From IMG/VR virus record IMGVR_UViG_3300020183_000052, positions 1 to 64,000 of that record: a DNA stretch of 64,000 bases; one strand, given 5' to 3'. Made by a program: the position numbers and the translations under genes. Of the stretch, positions 37,693-47,479 are shown one piece after another. The notes beneath the pieces are model-generated. The model made no database searches, was not told the origin of the DNA, and saw only the letters and a program-made list of their open reading frames with translations. Origin of the DNA: an uncultured virus (IMG/VR IMGVR_UViG_3300020183_000052) (taxonomy: Duplodnaviria; Heunggongvirae; Uroviricota; Caudoviricetes). Each line of letters opens with the position of its first letter. Position 1 is the first letter of the stretch.

Positions 37693-39899
37693 GTATAGAA
37701 AACATACAAAAGAAAAGATTAATTGATATATTGTTTAAAATATATCACGCAATTGGAGATAAACCAAGCTATAACGATATAGATGTTTTGTTTGGTCAGT
37801 ATTTTTCTGTTAATAAACCAGGAAATCCTGTGATTGTTCCGTACGGAGATCTCAACGCTTTTTCCAAAATAGATTACAACACATTGAATAAGATAATGGC
37901 GACCTTGATGTTTAATATAGATGTTATTTATGATTCTTACAGTGAAGATGTTGAAGCCCTTTATGCCATAATTTCAGCTTACAAGTTTAGATTAGAAAAT
38001 TTAAGAAACACAAGAGCAGAAGTAGAAACAAAAGTAGATGATTATTTATTTTCTCTCAATAATACAGATGGCTTTTATTACAGTGTAACAAACGCGTTCA
38101 ACAATTTAGAATCAACTGACATAGACAATACCACTGCTGTTGTTGACACCGAAACTAGAAAAGTTACTCTTCCAAAAATTACATCCGGACTATTTGATTA
38201 TGTTGGGAACATATTAAGCAGAGCCACTGCCGTAGAAGTTGCAGTGTTTTTTGATGGAGAAAGAGTAGATCTAAGGCAGGGGGTTGATTTTTCTAATGTT
38301 TTTAATGGATTAAACAATTCCAATTGGAATTATGTGGGGCAAGATCAAACAGTCGGTTATAAATCGAGTACAATCGGCAACTGCACACTTAGAATAAGCG
38401 TGCCGATAGATAGCATTGGGAATGTGGGCGTTTCAAACATAGAAGGTAGATTGATTTCAAGAAAACAGGTTGACACATCCGTAATTGTGAATGACAGAGA
38501 AAATGCGGACAACTCATTATTTTTTTCCAAAAAAGGTTCGTTAGACTACGATGTGTTTTCTTTCAATTTTGAGCCAAAAGTAACTAGCAAAATTGATATA
38601 TTTTTTTCAAAAATAGAACCGGATCAAGTTTTAACAGACAACTCTCAAAATAAATTATACGTATATGACTTTACAATTGATGAATTAGTTATATCTGCTC
38701 CCTATTATGATTCTTCAGCTACATACATAAGCAAACCTGTTCAGGTGGTGGATGGCAAAAATAAAAACATGATGGTGGATGCAGTTATGCTAGAGGCGCA
38801 GGAACAAATACCTGCCGGCTGTTCTGTGAGATATTACATAGCGCAAGACAATGCATCAGAATCTGACGTAAATCAACTAAACTGGACAGAGATAGCACCT
38901 TCAAGTAGATCTTCGTCAAATTCTGAAAATATTATTAGATTTAATGGGGCAACAATGAAGGCAATGGAAATTGTCGACAAAATAAATAATTCAATTATTC
39001 CAACATCAACAAACTTTATTAGGATTCCAAGAACAGCAGATTACAGTAACCCAATTCAAAACTATTATTATCAATCTGATTACTCTAACTATGGATTTAA
39101 TTTATATAGATTAGCTAAGTTTCCATCTGGTATTGAGCCAATTTCTCCATATATTTTAGAAAATGTAAAGTCAAAACAAATAAAAGTTCAGCATGTTGCA
39201 GGGACAACATTATCATTTTCTGCCTGGCAGGAAATAACATCTGGATATAGAAAAGATGTTGTCGTCACAACGAGTGAATCTGACATAGGTTCTACTGACG
39301 TATTTTTTACTGGCAACAGCATCCCTGCAGGAAGTGTTTATTTGTCGACTAATGTATACGCACAAACAGACGCAACGTATACCAACAGATTTTTAAAAAC
39401 TTCTGAAGCTCAATATTGGAATGTAGATATATATTTAAACGGAAGATTACTTACGACTGTAGAGTCGGGAGCAATGTTCGCCTCAATTACCTGGAACTTT
39501 AGGAGGGGCCAGAACTCAATAGATATTGTAATAAACAATTCTACAACAGGAACAAGTGCCTCTAGTTTTCAGGGATCAATATCTTTGATGGAGGGCATGT
39601 CATTGTCTCAAGAAGTCGGTTTAATGCCTTTCCAAAATTATCTTTTCCAGGTCAAAATAGAGGATTTAAGAACAATGCATTCTAATCAAGATAATGTTTT
39701 TTCTGTTATAACTTGGGAAAATAATAAAGAAATAGTTTACAGAAGAGAAAAAGAAATTTCAAGCGGCAGTATAGTGTATTATCTTCAAAATTTAGATAAT
39801 GGAGTTCTTGGATTAAGAGTTAGAATAGACTTATCAAGGGGTCAAACAGCTTACTCTAGTCCAGCCATTAATTCTTACAAGCTCAAATTAAGGCACTAG
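37689..39899 (+). CDS. Putative virion structural protein (736 aa)
   Basis: ATGA overlap with the previous gene; similar C-terminal motif (LRVRIDL..SPAINSYKL versus IRFRAIM..SPELSQYKL). Confidence 0.6.
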   Translation: MSIENIQKKRLIDILFKIYHAIGDKPSYNDIDVLFGQYFSVNKPGNPVIVPYGDLNAFSKIDYNTLNKIMATLMFNIDVIYDSYSEDVEALYAIISAYKFRLENLRNTRAEVETKVDDYLFSLNNTDGFYYSVTNAFNNLESTDIDNTTAVVDTETRKVTLPKITSGLFDYVGNILSRATAVEVAVFFDGERVDLRQGVDFSNVFNGLNNSNWNYVGQDQTVGYKSSTIGNCTLRISVPIDSIGNVGVSNIEGRLISRKQVDTSVIVNDRENADNSLFFSKKGSLDYDVFSFNFEPKVTSKIDIFFSKIEPDQVLTDNSQNKLYVYDFTIDELVISAPYYDSSATYISKPVQVVDGKNKNMMVDAVMLEAQEQIPAGCSVRYYIAQDNASESDVNQLNWTEIAPSSRSSSNSENIIRFNGATMKAMEIVDKINNSIIPTSTNFIRIPRTADYSNPIQNYYYQSDYSNYGFNLYRLAKFPSGIEPISPYILENVKSKQIKVQHVAGTTLSFSAWQEITSGYRKDVVVTTSESDIGSTDVFFTGNSIPAGSVYLSTNVYAQTDATYTNRFLKTSEAQYWNVDIYLNGRLLTTVESGAMFASITWNFRRGQNSIDIVINNSTTGTSASSFQGSISLMEGMSLSQEVGLMPFQNYLFQVKIEDLRTMHSNQDNVFSVITWENNKEIVYRREKEISSGSIVYYLQNLDNGVLGLRVRIDLSRGQTAYSSPAINSYKLKLRH

Positions 39900-39905
39900 T
39901 ATATC

Positions 39906-40343
39906 ATGGCAAAAAGTTATTCAGAACAAAACAAAAGAGAAATCGTCTATGAGCCGAACATGTCTAGGCAGAGAATTCCATATTTGGGACCAATTCCTTC
40001 GCATGTATTAAACTTGTACTATGATCAATTCGTTGTGGACTGCGCCAAACTTGATAGTAAAGCAGAAGATTTATTATTTGAAATTAATCAACTGCATAAA
40101 AAGTATGCTTCAAACTACAGTTTGGCAACGCCAAACACCTTTGATGAAACCGATTTAGATGCAACTATATATTTTAATTATATAAATTTTGATAGAGATA
40201 CTATGGATTATACTTTTGGTTCGTCAACTCCGTACTATTTAGATGAAGTTTCTTTTAATACATACGCAATAAATTCGTCAAAACTTTCTCTAATACAAGA
40301 AAAAGTAAGAATAATTGAAGACCTAATAGCAAAGAAGGAATAA
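39906..40343 (+). CDS. Hypothetical protein
   Basis: 145-aa ORF packed in the operon. Confidence 0.6.
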   Translation: MAKSYSEQNKREIVYEPNMSRQRIPYLGPIPSHVLNLYYDQFVVDCAKLDSKAEDLLFEINQLHKKYASNYSLATPNTFDETDLDATIYFNYINFDRDTMDYTFGSSTPYYLDEVSFNTYAINSSKLSLIQEKVRIIEDLIAKKE

Positions 40344-40344
40344 A

Positions 40345-41610
40345 GTGTCAGAGTTTATATATACAGAAAAAAAACTACAGCAATACCATGGTCCAATATC
40401 CAGCACTGATTTTAATACAAGAATAGAGCAAAATTATTCCGACTTGGTTTATCTATACAATAAATACGGTGTTTTGGATAAGAAAATGTCTGAAATAATA
40501 GAGAGAGTTATAAAAGAAAATTTGTTTTTATCAGCTGCAATTCAAGATTTGCTTGACAGAGTTAGGGCAATTGAAAGTCAAAATACGAACCAGATGTCTT
40601 TATATTCAAAGTCCCAAATTGACATGACGCCTTTTGTCAATACGTCGTACGCCATACCGGCAAGCCTATCCCTAGAATATAATGAGTACTATAATCAGCT
40701 GACGCTTCCCGTTGTTTCTGGATCTTCATATTCTAAAATTAAGTTTATAAATCCAGTGCATGGCCAGGTCATACCTGATTTTTTGGAAACAAAAATAGAT
40801 AATTCACTTTCTGGTGGGGACACAACTGGTGCGGTGATAGATACTACTCCAGTACAAAACGCGCTTCTTGATCAGCCAGATAAAATATGGAGAAGAAATG
40901 TAATATTGAATTCCCCAAATCCACTGGGCGTTAGTACTTATTTGTATTTAAAAATACCATCAGGCTCTGTGGGCAGCACTTTGTCAAACAATATTAGATT
41001 AACGCCTTTCCCAGCAAGTGGGGTCGATGTAGTAAAGGTGGAATACACGACTAAATTAAATCCAACCATGACAGACAAAGATGTATACGTTCCTGTAAAT
41101 CCTGGATTCTATGACGGACAATATGATGCGCTAGGGAAAGTGGCACCCGGGGGTTGGACAACATCAGGATCTGACATAATTCAAAATGCAGGACCACTTA
41201 ATTTCCTTTTTGCTGAGGTGCCGATCACGGCAATAAGAATATTGTTGAGACAAAAAAATTATATCGTAGAAAACAATCAGTATGTTTACACATATGGGTT
41301 ATCAAATCTTGATGTCAGATATGAAAAATTTCTACCAACTGGTAAGACGTTTATCAAGTTTAATGCACCAAGCGGCAAAACAATCAACGAGATAACCAAT
41401 GTCTCTATAAAAATATACAACATTTCCCAATCGCTAGTTTCTCAAGCTTCTAGCTATAGGGTTTTTTACCCCAATGGGTCTACCTATACCCCCAATTCAA
41501 ACACCGGTGCATCAAGCTCAGTCTATATTGAGCTGACCCTTAACATGCTGGACAATAAAATACCTTTAATTGCATCAGACATCATAGTTCAGGCCGATTA
41601 TAACTTATAG
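40345..41610 (+). CDS. Putative virion structural protein (421 aa)
   Basis: GTG start after AAGGA; coiled N-terminus and beta-rich remainder. Confidence 0.6.
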   Translation: MSEFIYTEKKLQQYHGPISSTDFNTRIEQNYSDLVYLYNKYGVLDKKMSEIIERVIKENLFLSAAIQDLLDRVRAIESQNTNQMSLYSKSQIDMTPFVNTSYAIPASLSLEYNEYYNQLTLPVVSGSSYSKIKFINPVHGQVIPDFLETKIDNSLSGGDTTGAVIDTTPVQNALLDQPDKIWRRNVILNSPNPLGVSTYLYLKIPSGSVGSTLSNNIRLTPFPASGVDVVKVEYTTKLNPTMTDKDVYVPVNPGFYDGQYDALGKVAPGGWTTSGSDIIQNAGPLNFLFAEVPITAIRILLRQKNYIVENNQYVYTYGLSNLDVRYEKFLPTGKTFIKFNAPSGKTINEITNVSIKIYNISQSLVSQASSYRVFYPNGSTYTPNSNTGASSSVYIELTLNMLDNKIPLIASDIIVQADYNL

Positions 41611-41675
41611 TTTTCCTGCGAAAACCCTAAAATTGTTTTACTATATTGACATAATATCTTTATAAGGAGAGAAAA

Positions 41676-42305
41676 ATGACTACTTTTTACGTTGGTCCAA
41701 GACCAGTTTTAAGAGGCGTAAACACCAACGATATGGTTAACCCATACTCTACAATGACAGGCAAGGCAAAGGGTACGGGAACATATTCTTTCTATCCGCT
41801 TTACAACACTAGTCATTTACTAGGCGGCTTTCCCGATAACGCACATACCCCAGGGACAGGTTATCACCCCGGCGATGTGTTCATGTCACAATTGTTTAAT
41901 GGCACTACGCTTTATGTTCATCCACTTTCTGGTACATTCCCAGATGGAACAGCCACATATGACGGAGCAAGGTTTCGCCCAATGGAGTACAAAGGACTTA
42001 CTGCAGTAAGAGCCTTCCCATCGGGTTATGGTCACGAGGAAAGACAAAATGAATACAAGCACAGGGCCTATAGATTTGCTGGGCTAGCTTCAGCGCAGAC
42101 CCTTACAAATGTTGGCCATACTTGGACAAGAACCGACTCATCCGGTGCTGCAAATTCATTTGGTTATTTTATACCCGAAGAACATAAAGGCACTGAAAGC
42201 TCTAAAGTTTTTACTTCGGGTTACGGCCAGGCAAATACAGCAGGAGATTATGGAAGATACAAAGTTCAAGAGTGGAAAGGCGTTGCCTCTTCAAAGGCTC
42301 TATAA
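41676..42305 (+). CDS. Gly/Thr/aromatic-rich protein with internal repeats (possible virion protein)
   Basis: Strong AAGGAG RBS; repeated (Y/F/H/W)xG..S...(F)xSGYG units. Confidence 0.65.
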   Translation: MTTFYVGPRPVLRGVNTNDMVNPYSTMTGKAKGTGTYSFYPLYNTSHLLGGFPDNAHTPGTGYHPGDVFMSQLFNGTTLYVHPLSGTFPDGTATYDGARFRPMEYKGLTAVRAFPSGYGHEERQNEYKHRAYRFAGLASAQTLTNVGHTWTRTDSSGAANSFGYFIPEEHKGTESSKVFTSGYGQANTAGDYGRYKVQEWKGVASSKAL

Positions 42306-42367
42306 TTATTACTCTAGCCCCATAGTCCTAGACAAGGACGAGAGAACTTCTGGAATATATGGTTGGA

Positions 42368-42573
42368 TGGCTCTAATGTCTATTGTGGTTGCATACGATG
42401 CTTACGCCATAAAAACAAAAAAAGCAGAAACATTAACTAGGTATTTTTGGAGATCAACAGAAGACATTAAAAAAAGCATATTTCCAATAGCTTGTTGGAC
42501 GTTAATTACAGCTCACCTTTTAATGGAGAAGCAGGTCAGAAGAAGAAAATTTATACAACAGAACTCACAATAA
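42368..42573 (+). CDS. Small membrane protein (start uncertain, may lie further upstream)
   Basis: Two hydrophobic segments (MALMSIVVAYDAYAI; IFPIACWTLITAHLL) and a basic C-terminus. Confidence 0.5.
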
Positions 42574-42575
42574 GG

Positions 42576-42584
42576 TGATATAAT
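42576..42584 (+). promoter_or_regulatory. Extended -10 promoter candidate (TGATATAAT)
   Basis: TGnTATAAT match in the intergenic region between the structural and metabolic modules. Confidence 0.45.
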
Positions 42585-42602
42585 CTATTTCATCATTTGA
42601 TG

Positions 42603-42639
42603 GATTCCCGCTCCAGGAATGGGCGGGAATCTGTTTTTT
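42603..42639 (+). terminator. Intrinsic terminator
   Basis: GATTCCCGCTC-caggaat-GGGCGGGAATC stem-loop followed by TGTTTTTT. Confidence 0.75.
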
Positions 42640-42683
42640 AGAAGTAGTTTTATATCTTTTGATAAAGATAAAGAGGATTAATT

Positions 42684-43385
42684 ATGTCTATACAATCTGC
42701 AGAGGCAATGGTCTCGGAGGGGATTATGTCTTTTGATTTAGCAGAAAAGTATCTTAACATATATTTGGGTGAAGCGGATTGGAAAGAAAAAATTTCTCAG
42801 CTTTGGTCTGTCCAAAAGAAAAAGCTTGGAGACGAACAGAAGGCAAAAGAATTCGTAAAAAAGTCTGTAGCTTGTGCCTGCCTTTCTCCGATAATAAACA
42901 AATCTCCAATACCAGAAGAGAAGCACGTTTTGCTTTTTTGGGTTTCTGGGTGGCCACAATACAATGAACGAGATTGGTTTCAAACCCTAAGGGAAATTGT
43001 AAAAAAAGACTTAGAAATAGAAAATAATAGAAAAAAAATATTATCATTAGGAATATTTGAGCAGATTGACATGTCTCCACTTACAAGACAGGCATATAAT
43101 TGGCTATATGAAAAACTTAATAGGGAAAGTTTTTCCTCTGAAGAAAAAAAGAACGAAGCTGTAGAAAAGATAAAAAATTTAGTCAAGATATATGGTGGCG
43201 CAGTCATCTGTAATATATTCTCAAATTACAGTTTGAACACTGACAGGGTGCTAAACTGGAGAAGCGGTTATTTTATAGAAAAAGAAATATACAAAGTTTA
43301 TTCAGTTGATCAAGTTTTAAAGATTAAAAAAGCTGAAATATCAAAAACAAATCCAAAATATATTAAGACGTTAACAAATAAATAA
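42684..43385 (+). CDS. Hypothetical protein (233 aa)
   Basis: GAGGA RBS; intact ORF. Confidence 0.7.
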   Translation: MSIQSAEAMVSEGIMSFDLAEKYLNIYLGEADWKEKISQLWSVQKKKLGDEQKAKEFVKKSVACACLSPIINKSPIPEEKHVLLFWVSGWPQYNERDWFQTLREIVKKDLEIENNRKKILSLGIFEQIDMSPLTRQAYNWLYEKLNRESFSSEEKKNEAVEKIKNLVKIYGGAVICNIFSNYSLNTDRVLNWRSGYFIEKEIYKVYSVDQVLKIKKAEISKTNPKYIKTLTNK

Positions 43386-43395
43386 GGAGAAATAG

Positions 43396-45498
43396 ATGAC
43401 TACAGAAACCACCGCAACAGAGCTATTAGCCCCCGTAGCAAGTAAAAGTTTGTTAATGTACTCTTTTAGGTTAACTGATGATTTTGTAGAGCAATACAGA
43501 TCTAAAAAACCACCTTTTGGATACACAGATGCAGGCGGTAATTCGGTTGGAGAAATAACATTTCTTAGAACCTATTCTAGGATTAAAGAAGATGGGACAA
43601 AAGAGACTTGGGTTGATGTGTGCGAGAGAGTTATCAATGGAACATACTCTCTTCAAAAAGATCACTGCAAAAAAAATAGACTTCCGTGGAATGACGCAAA
43701 GGCTCAAGCGTCGGCAAAAGAAGCTTTTGATAGATTATTTAATCTAAAATGGACACCTCCTGGTCGCGGACTGTGGATGATGGGTACTCAAATTGTAAAC
43801 GTACAAAAAAACTCTGCAGCACTGCAGAACTGCGCGTTTGTTTCTACATCTGAAATGACTAAGCTTAATCCTGCAAAACCATTTGGATTCTTAATGGAAG
43901 CATCTATGCTTGGAGTAGGGGTGGGCTTTGACGATAAGGGTGCTGATAAAGATTTTATTATCTATTCCCCAAATAGAGGAGAGGTTACAGAGGTTATTGA
44001 AGACAGCAGAGAGGGCTGGAGAGACTCCGCAATTTCTTTAATAAATTCATATTTAAAGCCAGATCAAAATATTGTTTCTTTTGACTATAGTCAGATTAGG
44101 CCATTGGGCTCTCCAATTAAAACTTTTGGTGGAACAGCTTCTGGTCCAGCCCCACTGATAAAACTACATGAATCAATCAGAAGAATATTCAATAATCGCA
44201 ACGGAGAAAAGCTTACTAGAAAGGACATAGCAGACATAGGAAACCTAATTGGTGTATGTGTTGTGTCTGGAAACGTAAGAAGATCAGCAGAACTTCTAAT
44301 TGGTAGAATCGACGATGAAGAGTTTCTTAATTTAAAGAACGCAGAAGTCTTTCCAGAAAGAAATTCATATGATTCAGAAAATCCAGGTTGGGGATGGATG
44401 TCAAATAATTCAGTTGAGGTTTTTGTTGGTCAAGATCTTTCTCCAATTGTTGACGGGATTGCTAGAAACGGTGAGCCGGGAGTGATTTGGATGGACATGT
44501 CTCGTAAATATGGAAGACTAGCAGATGGATTAAATAATAAGGATCACAGAGTCGCGGGGTTTAACCCATGCGCAGAGCAGTCTCTCGAGTCCTACGAGTG
44601 CTGCACGTTGGTAGAAACATACCTAGGAAGACACGAATCCTTAGATGATTATAGAAGAACTTTAAAATTTGCGTACCTGTATGCTAAGACAGTAACGCTT
44701 CTTCCAACACACTGGGAAGAAACAAACGCCATCATGCAAAGAAATAGAAGAATAGGTGCCTCAATGTCAGGTGTTGCAGACTTTGCCGACAATAACGGAA
44801 TGCCAGTTCTACGTGAGTGGATGGATGAGGGATATAAAACAATACAGAGATATGACAATATATACTCAGAATGGCTTGGAGTTCGTGAGTCTATTAAAAT
44901 GACAACAGTAAAACCTTCTGGCACAGTTTCTATTTTGGCAGGAGAATCACCTGGCGTTCACTGGACTCCGGGTGGACAGTTTTTTAATAGAACGATTAGG
45001 TTTTCAAATGACGACCCAATGTTACCTTTGTTTAGGATGGCAAACTATAGGGTAGAGCCAGCTTCTGAGTCTCCCGATACTACATCAGTAGTTTACTTCC
45101 CAATAAAATCCAATGCGAAAAGATCAGAAAAAGACGTAACTATATTTGAAAAAATTGCTTTAGCAGCTGCTGCACAAAGATATTGGTCAGACAATTCTGT
45201 TTCTGTTACTGTATCTTTTGACGCAGAAACAGAGCAGCAGCATGTTGGTACGGTTCTGCATATGTATGATGGGCAGTTGAAAACTGTTTCTTTCCTTCCT
45301 CAAGGAAATCAAACTTACCCACAAATGCCGTATACTCAAATAACCGAAGAGGAGTATAACCAGGAAGGATCTACAAAACTCTTTCCAATAGATTTATCGG
45401 GAGTATACGCGGGACTAGCTGTTGATGCGATAGGCGAGTCTTACTGCACCACAGATTCTTGTGAGATAAAATTTTTAAAAGATAATCAAAAGAGTTAA
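43396..45498 (+). CDS. nrdJ: Class II (adenosylcobalamin-dependent) ribonucleotide reductase
   Basis: PPGRGLW, NCAF, GNVRRSAE, NPCAEQ, TTVKPSGTVS and C-terminal CTTDSC motifs of monomeric class II RNR. Confidence 0.92.
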   Translation: MTTETTATELLAPVASKSLLMYSFRLTDDFVEQYRSKKPPFGYTDAGGNSVGEITFLRTYSRIKEDGTKETWVDVCERVINGTYSLQKDHCKKNRLPWNDAKAQASAKEAFDRLFNLKWTPPGRGLWMMGTQIVNVQKNSAALQNCAFVSTSEMTKLNPAKPFGFLMEASMLGVGVGFDDKGADKDFIIYSPNRGEVTEVIEDSREGWRDSAISLINSYLKPDQNIVSFDYSQIRPLGSPIKTFGGTASGPAPLIKLHESIRRIFNNRNGEKLTRKDIADIGNLIGVCVVSGNVRRSAELLIGRIDDEEFLNLKNAEVFPERNSYDSENPGWGWMSNNSVEVFVGQDLSPIVDGIARNGEPGVIWMDMSRKYGRLADGLNNKDHRVAGFNPCAEQSLESYECCTLVETYLGRHESLDDYRRTLKFAYLYAKTVTLLPTHWEETNAIMQRNRRIGASMSGVADFADNNGMPVLREWMDEGYKTIQRYDNIYSEWLGVRESIKMTTVKPSGTVSILAGESPGVHWTPGGQFFNRTIRFSNDDPMLPLFRMANYRVEPASESPDTTSVVYFPIKSNAKRSEKDVTIFEKIALAAAAQRYWSDNSVSVTVSFDAETEQQHVGTVLHMYDGQLKTVSFLPQGNQTYPQMPYTQITEEEYNQEGSTKLFPIDLSGVYAGLAVDAIGESYCTTDSCEIKFLKDNQKS

Positions 45499-45500
45499 CT

Positions 45501-45842
45501 GTGCAAGGATTTGAAGAAGATGACATCAATAAAATGTTTGATGAATTAATGAGCTCTGCTTCCATAGAAGATACGAATAAAGAAGAAGCAATTTTTGATA
45601 CAAAAAATCTTTTATTAATTCAAGAGTCTTTAATGGATAGTCTTTTGTCTGTAAATTCTTTAATATATAGATGTAACTTTGGTCCATCTTTTATCCCCAC
45701 AAAAGAGTGGGAAGATTTACTGTCTTATTTGTATCAAGCGTCAGAAAATTTTTTTACTCACATGTCTAAGAACGATGATATAATGTATGCTATTACTGAA
45801 GAAGACGAACACGAACAAGAGGATACTGAAGAAGATGAATAG
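45501..45842 (+). CDS. Acidic hypothetical protein
   Basis: 113-aa ORF between nrdJ and thyX. Confidence 0.6.
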   Translation: MQGFEEDDINKMFDELMSSASIEDTNKEEAIFDTKNLLLIQESLMDSLLSVNSLIYRCNFGPSFIPTKEWEDLLSYLYQASENFFTHMSKNDDIMYAITEEDEHEQEDTEEDE

Positions 45843-46545
45843 CCAAAATAGTGACACAGTCAATGTTTTAGACAAGGGTTATGTTAGGGTGGTTGATCAT
45901 ATGGGCAGTGATTTGTCGGTAGCAAATGCCGCTAGAGCCTCTTTTGCAAAAGAGTCAAAAGAATTTTCTGTAAAAGATGCAAGGTTAATTGACTTTCTTG
46001 CAAGAGAAAATCACATGTCACCATTCAGACACGCTTTTATAACATATGAGTTTAAAGCTCCATTAATGGTGGCTAGGCAGCACTGGAAATATGTCGTTGG
46101 ATCAGATCATACAATGGATTCTTGGAACGAATCTTCAAGAAGATATGTTACAATGGAGCCGGAGTTTTATTTTCCAACTATGGAACAATGGCGTCTTGCC
46201 CCTGAAGACAAAAAACAAGGTTCTCAAGGTATAGCAGATCCTTTTATTGGATCTACACTGACGCAGCAGTTGGTGCAGCACGCAGAAAAAGGTGAGGCAC
46301 TGTACAATATGGCAATGGAAAGTGGTATTGCAGCAGAGCAGGCAAGATTATTCCTTTGTGCATATGGTATGTATGTTGTCTATAGATGGTCTTGTTCATT
46401 GCAGTCTGTTGCGTTGTTCTTAAATCAAAGATTATCAGAGGATTCTCAGGTAGAAATTCAGGCATATGCAAATGCCGTAAAACAGCTAACACAACCATTG
46501 TTTCCTATATCTTTTAAGTCTCTTGTTTCTGAAGGGTTATTATGA
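45835..46545 (+). CDS. thyX: FAD-dependent thymidylate synthase
   Basis: GSDLSVANAARASF, H.SPF.H, SWNESSRRY, AEQARLFL, QVEIQAYA; ATG at 45835 preceded by GAGGA. Confidence 0.88.
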   Translation: MNSQNSDTVNVLDKGYVRVVDHMGSDLSVANAARASFAKESKEFSVKDARLIDFLARENHMSPFRHAFITYEFKAPLMVARQHWKYVVGSDHTMDSWNESSRRYVTMEPEFYFPTMEQWRLAPEDKKQGSQGIADPFIGSTLTQQLVQHAEKGEALYNMAMESGIAAEQARLFLCAYGMYVVYRWSCSLQSVALFLNQRLSEDSQVEIQAYANAVKQLTQPLFPISFKSLVSEGLL

Positions 46546-46706
46546 TATACAATATTCTTTTTGTATTGGTTTTCTGCATATCGATTAATTGGTGCATCAG
46601 TTTACACATGTTAGCGCAATCCAGAAAGAGTACAGCTACGACCTATCTGTCAATAGCATTATCGCTTTTGTTGGGACTTTTGGCTGGAGTAATAGCCATA
46701 CTTTAA
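46542..46706 (+). CDS. Small two-TM membrane protein (54 aa; not in ORF track)
   Basis: ATGA overlap with thyX; MIYNILFVLVFCISINWCISLHML..TYLSIALSLLLGLLAGVIAIL*. Confidence 0.6.
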   Translation: MIYNILFVLVFCISINWCISLHMLAQSRKSTATTYLSIALSLLLGLLAGVIAIL

Positions 46707-46730
46707 ATTTTATTAATAAATAAAGACATT

Positions 46731-46739
46731 TGGTAGGAT
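46731..46739 (+). promoter_or_regulatory. Leaderless extended -10 promoter candidate (TGGTAGGAT)
   Basis: TGnTAnnnT, 6 nt before the ATG at 46746. Confidence 0.45.
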
Positions 46740-46745
46740 ACAATC

Positions 46746-46982
46746 ATGGCAGCTGGAAAATTAAATTATGTTGTTGTTTATGAAGGATTAAGTCAAGTAT
46801 ACGGTTGCGCTTCCAAGAAGATAGCGCTAGAATCTGCTCCACCAGAAGGATATTCTTTGGACCAAAAAAAAATATTGTTTATAACTTTTGAGCCGGATCA
46901 AAAAAGCCTATGTGTTTATGAAGTTCCAAAAGAGGAGATCATAACCGCAGAAATAAAAAAGAAAAAAAATGAAAATGAGTAA
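46746..46982 (+). CDS. Hypothetical protein
   Basis: 78-aa ORF. Confidence 0.6.
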   Translation: MAAGKLNYVVVYEGLSQVYGCASKKIALESAPPEGYSLDQKKILFITFEPDQKSLCVYEVPKEEIITAEIKKKKNENE

Positions 46983-47211
46983 GAAACAAAACTTAAAAAA
47001 GAAAGTAAACGTAAAAATACTACCAGGACAAGCAATATATGTTGCAAATTTAGAAACGCTTCAGCATATATCAGAATTGTACAGGGAAATGTCAGGACAA
47101 AGTTTAACAGAAGAGGAAAGACTTTCTTGGCTTCAAGTGTCAGAAGAAATAAACTACGCAATATTTCAAACTTATTTTAATCCTGAGGATAGCGATGAAG
47201 AAGAATGGTGA
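46969..47211 (+). CDS. Hypothetical protein
   Basis: 80-aa ORF overlapping both neighbours. Confidence 0.6.
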   Translation: MKMSKKQNLKKKVNVKILPGQAIYVANLETLQHISELYREMSGQSLTEEERLSWLQVSEEINYAIFQTYFNPEDSDEEEW

Positions 47212-47479
47212 TATTATTTTTATAATGTGCGGAGTCGCACTTGGCTATGCAGCTGGAAGAATTTACATGAAATACAATAACAACTTTCCCAGATCAGTTT
47301 CTGCCTCAGACAGAAAACACATCAATATGCTAAAAGAATTTTATTTTGAAGATTACGGTTTGGCCGTAAAAAAATATCTAAAATACATTGGCATGGGATT
47401 GTCTTCTCAAGATGCACTAGATACAGTCATGACCATTATGCCAGTAGACCTTTTAATGATAGGCGAAATAAATGATTGA
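47195..47479 (+). CDS. Hypothetical protein with N-terminal TM segment
   Basis: IIFIMCGVALGYAAG hydrophobic stretch; GAGGA RBS. Confidence 0.6.
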   Translation: MKKNGDIIFIMCGVALGYAAGRIYMKYNNNFPRSVSASDRKHINMLKEFYFEDYGLAVKKYLKYIGMGLSSQDALDTVMTIMPVDLLMIGEIND

